Positions 9,257-21,380 of a stretch of 64,000 bases of DNA are shown here, in pieces. The translations under genes were made by a program, and so were the position numbers. The stretch is from Lingula anatina (taxonomy: Eukaryota; Animalia; Brachiopoda): assembly GCA_051362555.1 (NCBI GenBank), contig CM120648.1, forward strand, positions 9,048,587 to 9,112,586, given 5' to 3'. The notes under the pieces were generated by a model, which was not told where the DNA came from, made no database searches, and saw only the letters and a program-made list of their open reading frames with translations. How positions within the stretch are numbered: position 1 is the stretch's first letter; every line of letters begins with the position of its first letter.

Positions 9257-11701
9257 CTAAGTTCGTGAGCTGGTTGTGCTAGGAAAAAATAACATCTTGA
9301 ACTGTGACCTAAATTCCGAACCACTGATCAGAAGCACCAGTAAACTGAACACGTGGTACAGCGACTCGGAGATTCTACCAATATAAAAGATGTAGGTGAC
9401 ATACCAAGGAAATTCTTCTGTAAATATATATGACGTTATCACCATACAAATAACAGATGCTGTGCACATAATTAGAAAAGTTATAGACAAGCCTAACAGA
9501 GAAACAGTACTAATTATTTCTTTAACCTTTTTCTCACCCCCTCTTCCAGATGTCAGTTCTTTTCGAATTTTTCTTTGAGCCCAGATAAAGTGTATTATCC
9601 TTATGTTCATCCCAGTAATGGTGAGTAACATCATGGCTCTTCCAGTGATCCGTATTGCTGATACAATCCCTAAACGCCTTTGCCATTCCTGGTATTCCTG
9701 AACAGATACCTCACAAGGGGCATCGGTGTAGATTAAGCTTGCAAAGGCCACGGCTCCAGATGCTGCTGCTGCGGAAAAGACCATCTACGAAAACGGAAAG
9801 CATTAGTTTAAGATACTGGTTTATAAAATTAGGGAGGTGACGCTTTGTATCAGAATAACATGATGATAGATTATAGACGCTAGATGGCAAGTATCATTTT
9901 CGCTGAAAATCCTAAATGGCCGCCATTGAATAGGATGGGTCACTATGTCAATAGCGCTTTCGGAAAAAAATAATAAAAAATGATGATAAAGAGCTTTCAC
10001 TCCCTCATGACGTGTGATGGCAAAGGTAAATAATTTTTAGCTTTTCACCTTGTTCCCCCTAAAGGGCGGAAAGGGTCTGAAAGTGAAGCCTCTTTGCAAT
10101 CTTGTGAAAATTATGATAAAATCGACGACCCCTTAATGATCGCTTTTTTCTTCGATTGGATTAAAGTAACGTGACCAGTAGTAACGTGAGTGTTGAGAAC
10201 GGATGGTGTCTTGATTTAAAAGGATATATGCGCTTGAGATTTAAGCATTGTCGTTTAAAGGACAACAACGAGATTTTAAATAATTTTAAAAATCTAACAA
10301 CCGTACCTTTCATTTCTGTAAATCTAAGATACTTACCGATTTGAAGAGTATTTTTCTGGGCCATATAAATCTGGTTTTTAACGGCCAACAGACGAAAAGA
10401 AACCTGTCGAGTGTTATGACGAAGATGAGAACTGCAGACCAGTCGGATGTAAAAATACCTGCAAAGGCTGAAATGTTACAAACAACACTGGACTCCCAGA
10501 TACCAGCTGTGTTGGTCACTATCGCCAGTGCGCACTCACTCACTGCACTTAGGCAGTGCGCTATACCAAGGGTACAAGACAAGAATGACTTGGTTTCTGA
10601 TCTTCCTTTGAGTCTTCTTTCGCCGGTTACAATAACAACAATGACGATGATGTTGCTCAAAAGGGACACCGGTAAGAGGGCATAAACTGTATATATGTAA
10701 ACATTTAACGCGGTGATAACTTCACCCACGATCAAAAGTGAGCCCTTGGAAAACCATATGAAACACTCTAAAGGATCGCTTTTCACAATCATACGCGGTT
10801 TTATCTCTTCCACGTCCATCGGGCATACGCGCTTTGCTATTTCCCACGTGTTATTTAAAACTTCTACCGGAAGTGTATTGGGTCGGAAAGGGCAGATGTG
10901 ATCTGAACCTTTCACAACGCAAAGATACAACTTATTACTGGTGTCTTCATCTCCTTGTGTATTACCGGCCAGGCACTCTTCTTCGTTCACCCCGTATAGC
11001 AACCTGGGCGTAAAAAGCTCATTTGACAACTCGACGATTCCGCAGTACTCAGAATATGTACCGTTAGAAAACCAAGAGTCAGTCTTTCGATAACTGTCTG
11101 TCAGTCCACTCAAAACCCTTGGTGAGCAATAGAAATATCTGTCTTCAAAAGCAGTTTTTAAGACTGAGGTATCATGATTTAAATTTACATGACGATTTCG
11201 AGGAGACGCTTCGATGCACACATACGTGCTAGCTGTAGAGTTTTTATCTCGTGTAAGGTTACGGTGGCCACTTGAAATGTTTTTCTCTTCATTATCGGTT
11301 TCGAAGACGATTTGAGACATGCGCTTAAGGCCATCTAGCATCAACCCGTCGACTGTTTTCTTGAAGTCAACAAAAGTGCTTCTTTTTGCGCTATCTTTCA
11401 GCTGAGTGCAATTGTCCCCTTCAACTCCTGTTAATATAATAGCTCCACGTCTCGTGCCCAACGTACTGATGTTATGAAAGGGACAAGTTGAATCCATTAT
11501 TTTTAGGACTTCCCTCGTCTCGGCTGGCAGTCCTAATGTTGCTGTCATCTGGTCGTATGATTGCCTTGTAAGGTTGAAGTGACACTCGGAGAGCACTTGA
11601 ATCTTACCAACTCTTCGCGAAACAGGATTCTCAGCAAACAAATTACTTAACTGAAAAAATGTAAACTGCATAATACAAATAGGAATAATGTAGAACACCA
11701 T
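9257..11701 (-). CDS. Class A (rhodopsin-family, peptide-receptor-like) GPCR with a long Cys-rich N-terminal ectodomain, ~630 aa
   Basis: Exon 11701-10337 runs from a hydrophobic signal-like MVFYIIPICIMQ through TM1-3 with C…TLDRFLFVCWPLK (donor TCG|gtaagt). Exon 9784-9257 has acceptor ctaatgctttccgttttcgtag| in phase 0 and encodes TM4-7 ending …LLISGSEFRSQF. Seven hydrophobic segments and a DRF motif are present. Confidence 0.85.
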
Positions 11702-12963
11702 GATTTTGACTTGGAAATAAACGTAGAATTTCCTATGAATTGTTGAAGAGTAAGACAAAGTGTGCTTTATTTATATTAGGCATGAATAATTGCTTTAAAG
11801 CCATTTTCATTGGCAGATTCCATTAGCCTATCACCTGTTCTTAAATAGCAGTGTACGTTCTTGAATATCACTGAAGGGTTGCTCCTGTTTATTTCATGTT
11901 TACCAGCTAGTTAATGTTGATAGAAAATCACGTTCGAAGTAACGTGTTTTATTAAAGCCTTTTGAGGTATACAGGAAGAAAGTGAACAGCTGAAGTATAC
12001 GCCTGTAAAAATACAATTTTTAATTCGCTATCTTTTATTAACATACCTTTTAGGTGCGCAAGGGAACGAAAATGTTTTAAACATGTTTGTGTTATCATGC
12101 GTTACTTTACCACTAATTCTCAGTATATACATGTAGGTCCATTTTAAGCAAACAGAAAAGTGAAAAATGAAGTCCAAGATAAATTCACTGTGATTTCCAC
12201 TTTTTCTAAATTTCCGATGACAGATAGTGATAAATCTAGGATTTATTTTTTAAATAAAATATTGAAAATTTGAAAATTCACCCCTTGCTAGTATAGGCAC
12301 GAAGTAACGAAGATTTAAGTTATTTTGGTGACAAAAGTTTTAAAAACAACAACTCTTTGTGATAATTTTTGCACGTTATTAATACTAACAAAAATTAGAC
12401 TACGCTAAAAGGGGATTACGAGAGGCATAATTATTTTACCGACACTTTTTGTCCTCCACTTCAAATATATTTTTTCACAATGCCTGGTAACGAAGGTTTT
12501 GCAAATTACTTTCTATGAGGATGCAGATTTGCCGTGTTTCATCCTAAATATTTGACTGTGTCCTGTCACTATATTATCTCGCTAATAATGAATAGAACTA
12601 AATTGAGGAGTTTATTAATGGTTTATTAATGGTCCATTTTTTTAAAGAATGGCTGGCATTGGATGGTTTAGAACCATGATTCAGCTCGTCATGATTTTAA
12701 TATCAAAAGGGGAATATTGGTGTGAATTTTTTCAAAAAGCTGAAGAGGGGGTCAAGACTCCGCTGATACCCCCTAAATCTGCCACTGTGGCCTTTCTATT
12801 ATACGCATAACAATTACAATATATAACTTTAATATACCCGTATCACGTTGCTAACAATCGTAAGTATCTATACCCGGTTAACATAAACTCAAAATATCCC
12901 ATCCTTTATTTCTACGGAAACATTTGGTCGTGAAAACACGGAAGGACTCGTTTTGTCATACAT

Positions 12964-13969
12964 CTGCACGTCCACGATACTGGGTAACAAAATTGGGACA
13001 TGGGGAAACATGGCGTCGATCTTGGCAGCACTTTTTCCGCTTAGAATACGCATCGTATTTTACTTGATATTCATAATTCTGGAAAATGTAACATTAAACA
13101 CGTTCAAAGATTATTAAGAAATAGTAAACTTAACTCCACAGAGTTGAGAAAGCACGCTGCGATCCTGAATCGGCAATAAAACAGCGATGACATGAAGTCG
13201 TTTTTGGTGAGTTACACGCCCAAAAGTGTGAACCAGATAGAGCTTATTTAATTAGACTCATTTAACATTCATGTGACCGGGTCATAACGTCATCAGTGAA
13301 AATTTCCACTCTTTAGTCTAAGTCCCTGGGCCGCAGCTGAATGCGGAAACGGAACTACACGCTAGCTGTGGTTTCGTTGTCGTGCGAGTCTGAAGGACAC
13401 GAAACAGGATTGGATCATAACATCTGTGATTACACGCTCAGATGTCAGGATTTCCTTACACGTTGTTGTTTTTTGAAAGGCAGACTGTATTTCAGATATC
13501 TAAATTGAACGATATGTAGTTCAAGTGATTGGGAGATAATACAAATGTACTTCTCAAGTTGAAAACGAACACAAAAGTAACGCACAACAATCCGTTTTTG
13601 TCACCCATCAGAATTTGCGACGAAGAGTAATTTTTGTTTTTCTCTAGTGTGTGTACCCTGATATGACAAAAAAAAAAAAACATGACAATATTTTTCTGAG
13701 AGCTTTCTTTTCCATAATATACAGCTGCAAAATGGGCTGGTATGTCTGTGTCCCAGATTTAAGCGCTGTTTTAGTGTAATTTTCTGCTAAAATTTAAAAA
13801 GTTTAAAATACACAGCAATATTTGGAAACATGAAATTGTCTGTTGTAATAAGACAAATCCACCCCTTTCACATGAAAGCACCCCCATTATAATCCAACGC
13901 ATAGGAATATTTTAACAGACTTTCAAAGATGATCACCACCTGCTGTTACCCAGTATTGTGGACGTGCAG
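12964..13969. mobile_element. ~1.0-kb non-autonomous DNA transposon with a 4-bp TSD
   Basis: 26-bp TIRs CTGCACGTCCAC(G/A)ATACTGGGTAACA with one mismatch; ACAT on both flanks (12960-12963, 13970-13973). Confidence 0.85.
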
Positions 13970-14086
13970 ACATTATATTGCATGTTGTTAAATGAAATGT
14001 AAACCTCTATAATAGCTTGTAATTGGCTAACGGTATTGCCCAATTACATTGTAATACCTACAATCATTTATGTCGTCACCACATAA

Positions 14087-14290
14087 ATTGGATGACAAAG
14101 CCGAACAGGGCGTGTACGTCTTCAGTAACGGCATAACGATTGATGGAAATTATTCAGAGTGGATTCAAGCCGAATGAAAAGAAGGTCCCGGATGTGTTTG
14201 CATTGACAACAACGAGGCTTTAATGATCAGAGTGACAGATTGTATGGAGAGAAAGCGTTACATATGTGAAATTGAAACTGGGATGTGAAT
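14087..14290 (+). pseudogene. Degenerate duplicate of the second C-type lectin exon
   Basis: Closely matches 2645-2855 (TTGGATGACAAAGC…TGTGAAATT) but has no splice acceptor and carries an 8-nt deletion (CCATACAT) and other indels. Confidence 0.9.
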
Positions 14291-15753
14291 GCTTAAATGT
14301 ATTTTTCTCTCTCAAAAGAGAGTTTTGATATAAAATTAATTTAAAAAATATTATTGGAAAAGCGTTTGGAAGCAAATTTGATATTTTACGCAAACGAAAA
14401 TTGTACATTTGTCGAGAACGCTTATATAAATGTCCGTAACTTCATGATCGAAGAATACACTTTGATTGCAGTACATTGCGGTGTAATTGAGTTGTTATCG
14501 CTGAGATTACGCACTGACGTTACAGATTATAATTTTTAACTCCCGAACAACACGGAGGGGCCTTTCAGACAAAACATGCATGAATCCTTGTAAAGGCTAA
14601 CATTGTAAGACAACTTTATTTTTAACGAGATATATTTTAGACATGTAATGCAAATTTATCACACAACTTGCTCAATTTGGGCACTGATAATGTCCCAAGA
14701 ATTTCGGGCACTGATAATTTTCCAGCATTCTTCGGGCACTGATAATTTTCCAGAATTCTTTGGGCACTGATATCTTCCCAGAATTCTTCGGGCACTGATA
14801 ATTTCCCAGGATTCTCTTAAAACTCACTGCATATTTTTATTTACTTTAATCAAGATAACTGTAATAGAAAACAACCCTCTTTTTTTCTTCATGAAATAGC
14901 AAAATACTCTATTTCGTAATAAAATCATTTATGTAGGCAAATGTTCACAAACACAACGAAGCTCGTTTTTTTTTGCTCAAAATTAAATAAGAAACAAGTC
15001 CATATGACTGATATTGTCATTTATTAAAACGACGAAATGTAATGTGATACGAAGTTAAGGGGCGTTATTTCATCCCTGAACAAGATTTTATCACGAAAAT
15101 TAGCAGAGTTAAGAGTTAAGTCATAAATTAAAGCTTTTCAACTATCAAAATTACTTAATTTCGCTCTTAACCAACATGCGATCATTTGGTCTGTGACAAT
15201 CTGAGTTATTTGATTTCTATACTCACATCCTTAACACGCGAGTGAAAGCTGTAACTATATTCCACAGAAATCTCTTATCTAGTCAGAAAGAGCTTTGGAC
15301 ATGCGAGCTCTTCTCTCATGTGACTTGATCATGCTATCGATTTCATGATTTGATCACGATCTACCTATACTGATTATATAATGATGATGTTTGCTTAACA
15401 CGAAATGGAAGTTCTTTTGTCTTTCTGAGACAAAACCCGGACACCAGCGCCCTAGAGTGACTAAAGAAGTTCTAATATTACACCCTAACAGGGCTACAGA
15501 TTGATTTTTTTCACTAGATTTTCACAGACAATGTCTCTGGTTAAAAATGGTCAATATTGTAACTGAGCTAAATTCGCCACTGATTCATGTGTAAACAGTG
15601 AAAAGTTTAAAATATTTAAATGGCGTCATTTCCCACAAACTGTAACAGAAAGTCCGCCCTTCATTTAGTTATTATGGTTAGGGTTAGCCTGACCAAAGTG
15701 GGTCAAAATGTACAAATGAATGTCATGGGGGACTCTGTCACGTTACACCGACC

Positions 15754-16073
15754 CTAAGTTCGTGTGCTGGTTGTGCTTAGAAAAATAACATCTTGAACTG
15801 TGACCTAAATTCCGAACCACTGATCAGAAACACCAATAAATTGAACACATGTACAGCGACTCGGAGATTCTACCAATATAAAAGATGTAGGTGACATACC
15901 AAGGGAATTCTTTTGTAAATATATATGCCATTGTCACCATACAAATAACAGATGCTGTGCACATAATTAGAAAAGTATTAGACGAGGCCAACAGAGAAAC
16001 AGTACTAATTATTTCTTTAAACTTTTTCTCACCAGCTCTTCCAGATGTTAGTTCTTTTCGAGTTTGTCTTTGA
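15754..16073 (-). pseudogene. Truncated, frameshifted duplicate of the GPCR 3' exon (TM6-TM7)
   Basis: RKELTSGRAGEKKFKEIISTVSLL…FPWYVTYIFYIGRISESLY is nearly identical to 9257-9578. A 1-nt deletion follows SESLY and the 5' part is absent. Confidence 0.9.
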
Positions 16074-16102
16074 ACTGTGTTGGAAGCAAGCAGCACTCTT
16101 TG

Positions 16103-16270
16103 ACCCCATTCCCATACCTTGATCGATGTAACAAGATCGATCCATCTCCGAAGGGTTTCTCGTTTAATTGCTTTCAGATTAAGCGGCTTAGATGTCTGGC
16201 AAGCCTACTGAAGCTGCTAAACGATAGTTTATTAAAATTATATAATTATATAGATAGATAATTAAAATTA
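16103..16270. mobile_element. MITE-like dispersed repeat (CCCCATTCCCATA…GATCGAT family)
   Basis: Similar to the reverse complement of ~62270-62425 (shared CCTACTGAAGCTGCTAAAC, GCTTAGATGTCTG, ATCCATCTCCGA). Confidence 0.6.
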
Positions 16271-16289
16271 CCCCCTGAGCGTGACAGAC

Positions 16290-16536
16290 ATCCTCTGCGA
16301 AAATTTATCTTCACTTACGGTTCTCAATCTATTTTAGAACATTTGGTGTATTTTTTTTACAATTCTAATGTTGTTCTGTAATGAATGTAACAGTTCGATA
16401 ACTGTTTTGGGGAAGTCCTTCAAAATGTCCTATAACAGATTAAGAATTTTTTCATTAAATGAGAAAAATATTAGGTTCTTGGACAGATTGAGAACCGCAA
16501 GTGAGCGTTAAATGAGACAAATTTTCGCAGGGGATT
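16290..16536. mobile_element. Foldback/MITE-like element
   Basis: ATCCTCTGCGAAAATTT is inverted to AAATTTTCGCAGGGGAT, and CACTTACGGTTCTCAATCT to AGATTGAGAACCGCAAGTG. Confidence 0.55.
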
Positions 16537-17194
16537 TTCAGTACGTTATAATGTGTACGTTATCGGTGTTTGCAACATTTGTAAAGGGTAACATTGTAAG
16601 ACAGTTATATTTTTAACGAGACATATTTAAGTCATGTAATACAAATTAATCACACATCTTGGTTAATTTGGACACTGATAAATTCCAAGGATTCCCATAA
16701 AAATCATAGACTATTTTTCACTTCCTTTTGTCGGGATTACTAAAATAGATAACAATTAACCCTCATTTTTTATTCATAAAATAGCATAATACTTTATTTC
16801 GTAATAAAATTATTCTCTTTAAATCTTATATACACCTTTGTACACGTTATTTATTCTTATTTACATTGCTGTAGATGTATATAGAATAAAAGTACAAGTA
16901 AAAGTTGGAGGATCCAAATTTCACGTTTGAAGGAAGTGGCGGGTAGAGAAGATTAGTTTGACCTTGAAAAGGGTTCCGAATGAACTTCGGGTCAAGCCAC
17001 CCATCCGCTACAATACGACAGAGGTCTCTGTAGTGTGAAATAGAAATAAAATACAATTTTGTTCAACTTTGTAACAAACTACAGAGACCCCTGCCGGGCG
17101 GTACCCCTCCTTTCTCTTCCTTTTATTTAGTTCTGCTGCATATCCTCCCTGTTTAGATGTGAAATAACGTGTTGCGCACAATCCCATTACTACT

Positions 17195-17368
17195 CAGGCC
17201 CATAGCCGGGGGGGGGGGGGGGGGGGGGGTTCGAAAAAAAACACCCTTTTTGCTGGGAAAAGGTCCACTCTGGGTAAAACTTGATCTATGTACTTGAGGA
17301 TTTTATGGTAAAAGGTCCACTTTTTCAGAAAACGAACACCCCCTCTGAAACTGCTGGCTACGGGCCTG
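17195..17368. mobile_element. hAT-like MITE (CAGGCCCGTAGCC…GGCTACGGGCCTG), poly-G family
   Basis: TIRs CAGGCCCATAGCC / GGCTACGGGCCTG with CTACT on both flanks. Related copies at 32643-32813, 47110-47321 and 51937-52089. Confidence 0.8.
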
Positions 17369-17647
17369 CTACTAAAATTACATGCACCCAGGCGTGGTCA
17401 CATCACTGTGTGCAATCTGACCTCGCTGTAAGATCGATGTTTGGCTTGGTGACCATATCGGAAATCAAATCGTTCATGATTATTGTTGTTTGGCATAGCT
17501 TTAAGCCTACTCGCCCTCTGCTTTGTGTATACGACAAAGTTGTGAAATTCACAATGGACTGTTTTTCAGAGAGAGATAAACAAGCGTTTTACAACCAGTG
17601 TTCGTTTGTCTGGCAAATTCGCTTGGTAAATGGTGTTTTTATGGTTT

Positions 17648-20600
17648 TTACATGAGCGTGCTTCCATCTTGACTCTCGTCGTCTCCAATGGGTGGTAGGG
17701 GGTCGACATTGTACTGAAAACGTCCAGGGCGTCCGAACCTCAACGGGCCCATTTTCGCCCGCTTTCTGATAATGGCATAAGCGTTCGCTATCCGCAATGA
17801 AGGGAAACTTTTCAAATCTTTCTTGATTTTGTTCAGCGGAACGGTGCTGAAGTTGTTTTTCGTCGAAACTTGAGCGACTTGAGAGGAGTGTTCCCGCTTT
17901 TTCGCCTCTCGTCTGCCGTAGGTGCTGTCCCACGAGCTGAGCATTTTGGACGGTACGTTCAGAGGTTGGAATGGAAGCTTTATACGACCGTCGGAGAATT
18001 TGACCCTGGGGTTCTGAAAAGTCAATAAAATGTGAATAGAAATCGTTTTTACGCATGTTTTTAAAAAGATGCACGTTTAACAATAAGGGAAATGTCTTAA
18101 ACATATAACTACCAAAATCACACTATAATGTTTAACAAACAAAAATGAAAGGAAAACACAGGGATTCCATTATTTACAGCACCAAGAATGTTTTTATATC
18201 TTACCTCTTCAAATGCGATCTTCCTCTGTCCCTGTCTCAATATACTCCTATAAGGGTTGGGGGCTATGGGAGGGAGTACTGTGTGCTTATTAAGCTGACT
18301 TTCAGCCGACGAGGGACGCTTGCCAACAGCTTCCTTTTTCCTGTCAATAAGAATTTAGATTGTAATCTAGATCTAGATACAAGCAAGATTTTTTCAAACG
18401 CGTCAACATACATTTACATTTCTTATAAAGGAAAGGCCAACAGTTAATTTGAATTTGAATAACTAAATGAGAAGCGTTCATAGTGTTTGAAAATTTAAGG
18501 GTAAGTGAATATGTTGTCAAACTCAACTTTATTACAACGGATTCTGCTTTGATGACGTTTTAACAACACAATGTACAAAAATCTTTCCTCTATCCAATAT
18601 CATTAAAATGTTTTCACTGTTACATTTCTACGTAATATAACGCTCAAACAAGCAAACTCGTTATATTTCCACAATAAATGATTGGCCTAGTTTTTCTTCA
18701 AAGCTAGTCTCGCGTACCTTTGGGACAGAACACTATCAGCGGAGAGTGGCAACCCTTCCCGCCTGGCCTGGCTACTGCTCCGTAACTTACTGGCCCTCCG
18801 AAGGGCAAAGTCTTGCCTGAAGGGGAAGAAAGGTTCCAACTGAGTTGAAGGAAATGGGTGGTAAAATACGTCAGAGAGAAGAAATGAGTATTGGGTGTTT
18901 TTATGTGCCTTTTTCACTTCTAAGAGATACATGTACCATGTTTCTTTATTTTCATGCTTCACAATGGAGGCGTGCTTATGAGATAATTGCTGCCTTGTCA
19001 AAATTAAGAAAGAAATTTTTCTCTCTTTTAAGCATTCCCTATATCTTTTGACATCTTATATTCTATCAATTTTTTTAATCACTCGTCTTTCGCTTGTTTC
19101 TAACCTGCGTTTACTCCTAGCAGACAGAACGCTCTCGGAGCTGCTGGCCACGGACTCGCTGTCGTCGCTGCCGGAAACTACCGAACCGCTGTCCGCCGAG
19201 GACCCGCTGTCCGCCGACGATGCCCTGGTGGATGACGTCACCCACTTATCATCTTGCTGCTTTGGTTTCCTCGGGACAGCATTAAAGCCTAATGATCATT
19301 ATGAAAGATAAAACATCTTAAAGAATAATATTTGTGTTGTAAGAGAAATGGTATTAAGTTAGTTAACTAATAAATACAGCTACATTTGATCATTATTATT
19401 ATTATTAAATATAAGTCATTTTTGTGTTTACGTGTTGTAATATACAGTACCTGCCCCAGCGGCTATATGTTTCTTTTCTGACGGTTGTTCCTCGGTCTCT
19501 GTGTCCGAACCCTCGCCACTGTCCGTTTCTGTGTCGGATTCGGAGCCGCTGTCTTCTTCGTCATTGGTAGCGGCCGTAGGGGCGGCTGAAATTGGCAGTC
19601 AACAGCTTGGTTTAAAGTACAGTGTAATACATATGTAATATATAAACGTATAATTTAATTATTTCAATACGTTAATTTTCTTATTGTAAACCTCATCATC
19701 CATATGTGACAGAGCATTTTTCTACATTTTTTAAATTTAATAAATGATATCCATTAGGTGAACCTTCAGTGAGTGGATATAGACGTAACACCGATCTAAA
19801 TTTTACGAGGTAAAGCCAGATGAACATGAATGGTCAGTGAATTTTTGCGTATACTATACTATACCTTTCACCGTGTCTGGTGCACCATCGGGGCCAGATT
19901 TTTTGACCGTTTCCTCTGTCTCCGTGTCACTGCCACTATCGTCATCAGACCCCGAGTCACTGCCGCTCTCGTCATCGTCGGCTTTTGCCGAGGCTTCTTC
20001 AGTCTTAGTTTCGTTCTCTTCCTTGGCACCACCGGCTGGCTGTTGATCAGAAGAGGCGGTGGCCGTGACGTCATCACCAGCTTTAGTGGCTGTGGCGTCA
20101 TCAGCAGCTTTGGTGGTTGTGACGTCATCACCATTTTTGGTGGCTGTGGCGTCATCTTCAGCTTTGGCGGCTTTGGCGTCATCACCAGTTTTTTCGCCCT
20201 CTTCTGGGGGTTTGGCCTCTGTAGGCGTGTCCTCTTTAGGGGGAACAACGAATGTTCCTTGTTTGTCCCCATCCCCTGGTTGGTCTCCGTCCGGTGGCTT
20301 TCCCGGTTCTGTTGTCTTCTCATCGTTCTTCTGTTCATCCTTTGTTGGTTCGGCGCTTTCGGCGTCTGCCTTTTCCTTTTCCTCCTTTGCCTTGTCTTCT
20401 GTTGAGTCGCCCTCATCTTCACTTTCACTTTCACTTTCACTTCCACTGTCACTGTCATCTTTTTCACTTTTTGGTTTCTCAGTGGTGACCTCTCTAGCTG
20501 TTACAGGCTCCTCATCCTCGCTATCACTTTCGCTTTCACTGTCACTTTCGCTTTCACTTTCTGCTTCCTTCGTGTCGGTTTTAACCTCGGTTTTGTCCTC

Positions 20601-21349
20601 TTCCTTTTGCTCTTTTGGATCCGATTCATTTCCTATATTCTCTGGCTGATTTCCTTGACCGCTGTTATCGGGTGCATCGCCAGCTGTATCCTTGATCTCG
20701 GCCACATCACTGTTAGCTTCTTGGACCTCGTTTATGTTATCCATCTCACTGTCTACAGGAGTGGGCTCCCTGGCATTATCCATGCCCGCCTGTTGGAATA
20801 AGGTTGGCAGTGGAGTGATAAAAGGACCATTATATTTGGGTCCAAGCTCATAAACAAAACTCTTGGCGTATTGCTTTTTCCTGTATTTATTAGCGGAAAA
20901 TATAGGGTCAACAATAGGGGGTTCTTCCACAACTGGGGGCTGTGCTTCTTTCTTCTGTTGTTCTTCTGCTTCTCCTTCTTCAGCTGGTTTCACGGATGTT
21001 TTGTCTGTTTTGCGGTGAGGCGGTTTCTTTTTGATGAGAGAAAGGACGTTGCTTCTGTTGGTATTTACCAAGGGAGTTTTCTTCGCCCCCAAGTTGTTTC
21101 CTTTAATGTCTGATTTTGTCTTCTTTTTGGGATCTCTAAAATAGTTGGTAACCGATTCCATTCGCCCTTGTCTTGGACCTGGTTGGTTTTTCACCACTCC
21201 TGTTTTGTTAGCTTTCTGTTGTGGTTTCGTTTTCTCCTGCTTAGGTTCTGCTATACATTCTTTCTCAGTTTTCTCCTCGTAAAGCTGTTCAATTACTATC
21301 GAGCCTTGGGCGGCTGGAACATTTGCTTTCTCTTGATTTTCATCAGAGT

Positions 21350-21380
<31 letters not shown>

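Larger units (their letters stand above)
14087..16073 (+). repeat. Tandem segmental duplicate of ~2645-9578 with large internal deletions
   Basis: Colinear blocks: 14087-14290≈2645-2855; ~14615-14960≈2870-3160; ~15053-15105≈3581-3633; ~15121-15638≈8102-8620; ~15641-16073≈9108-9578. A third fragment ~16577-16812 matches 14589-14925. Confidence 0.9.
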
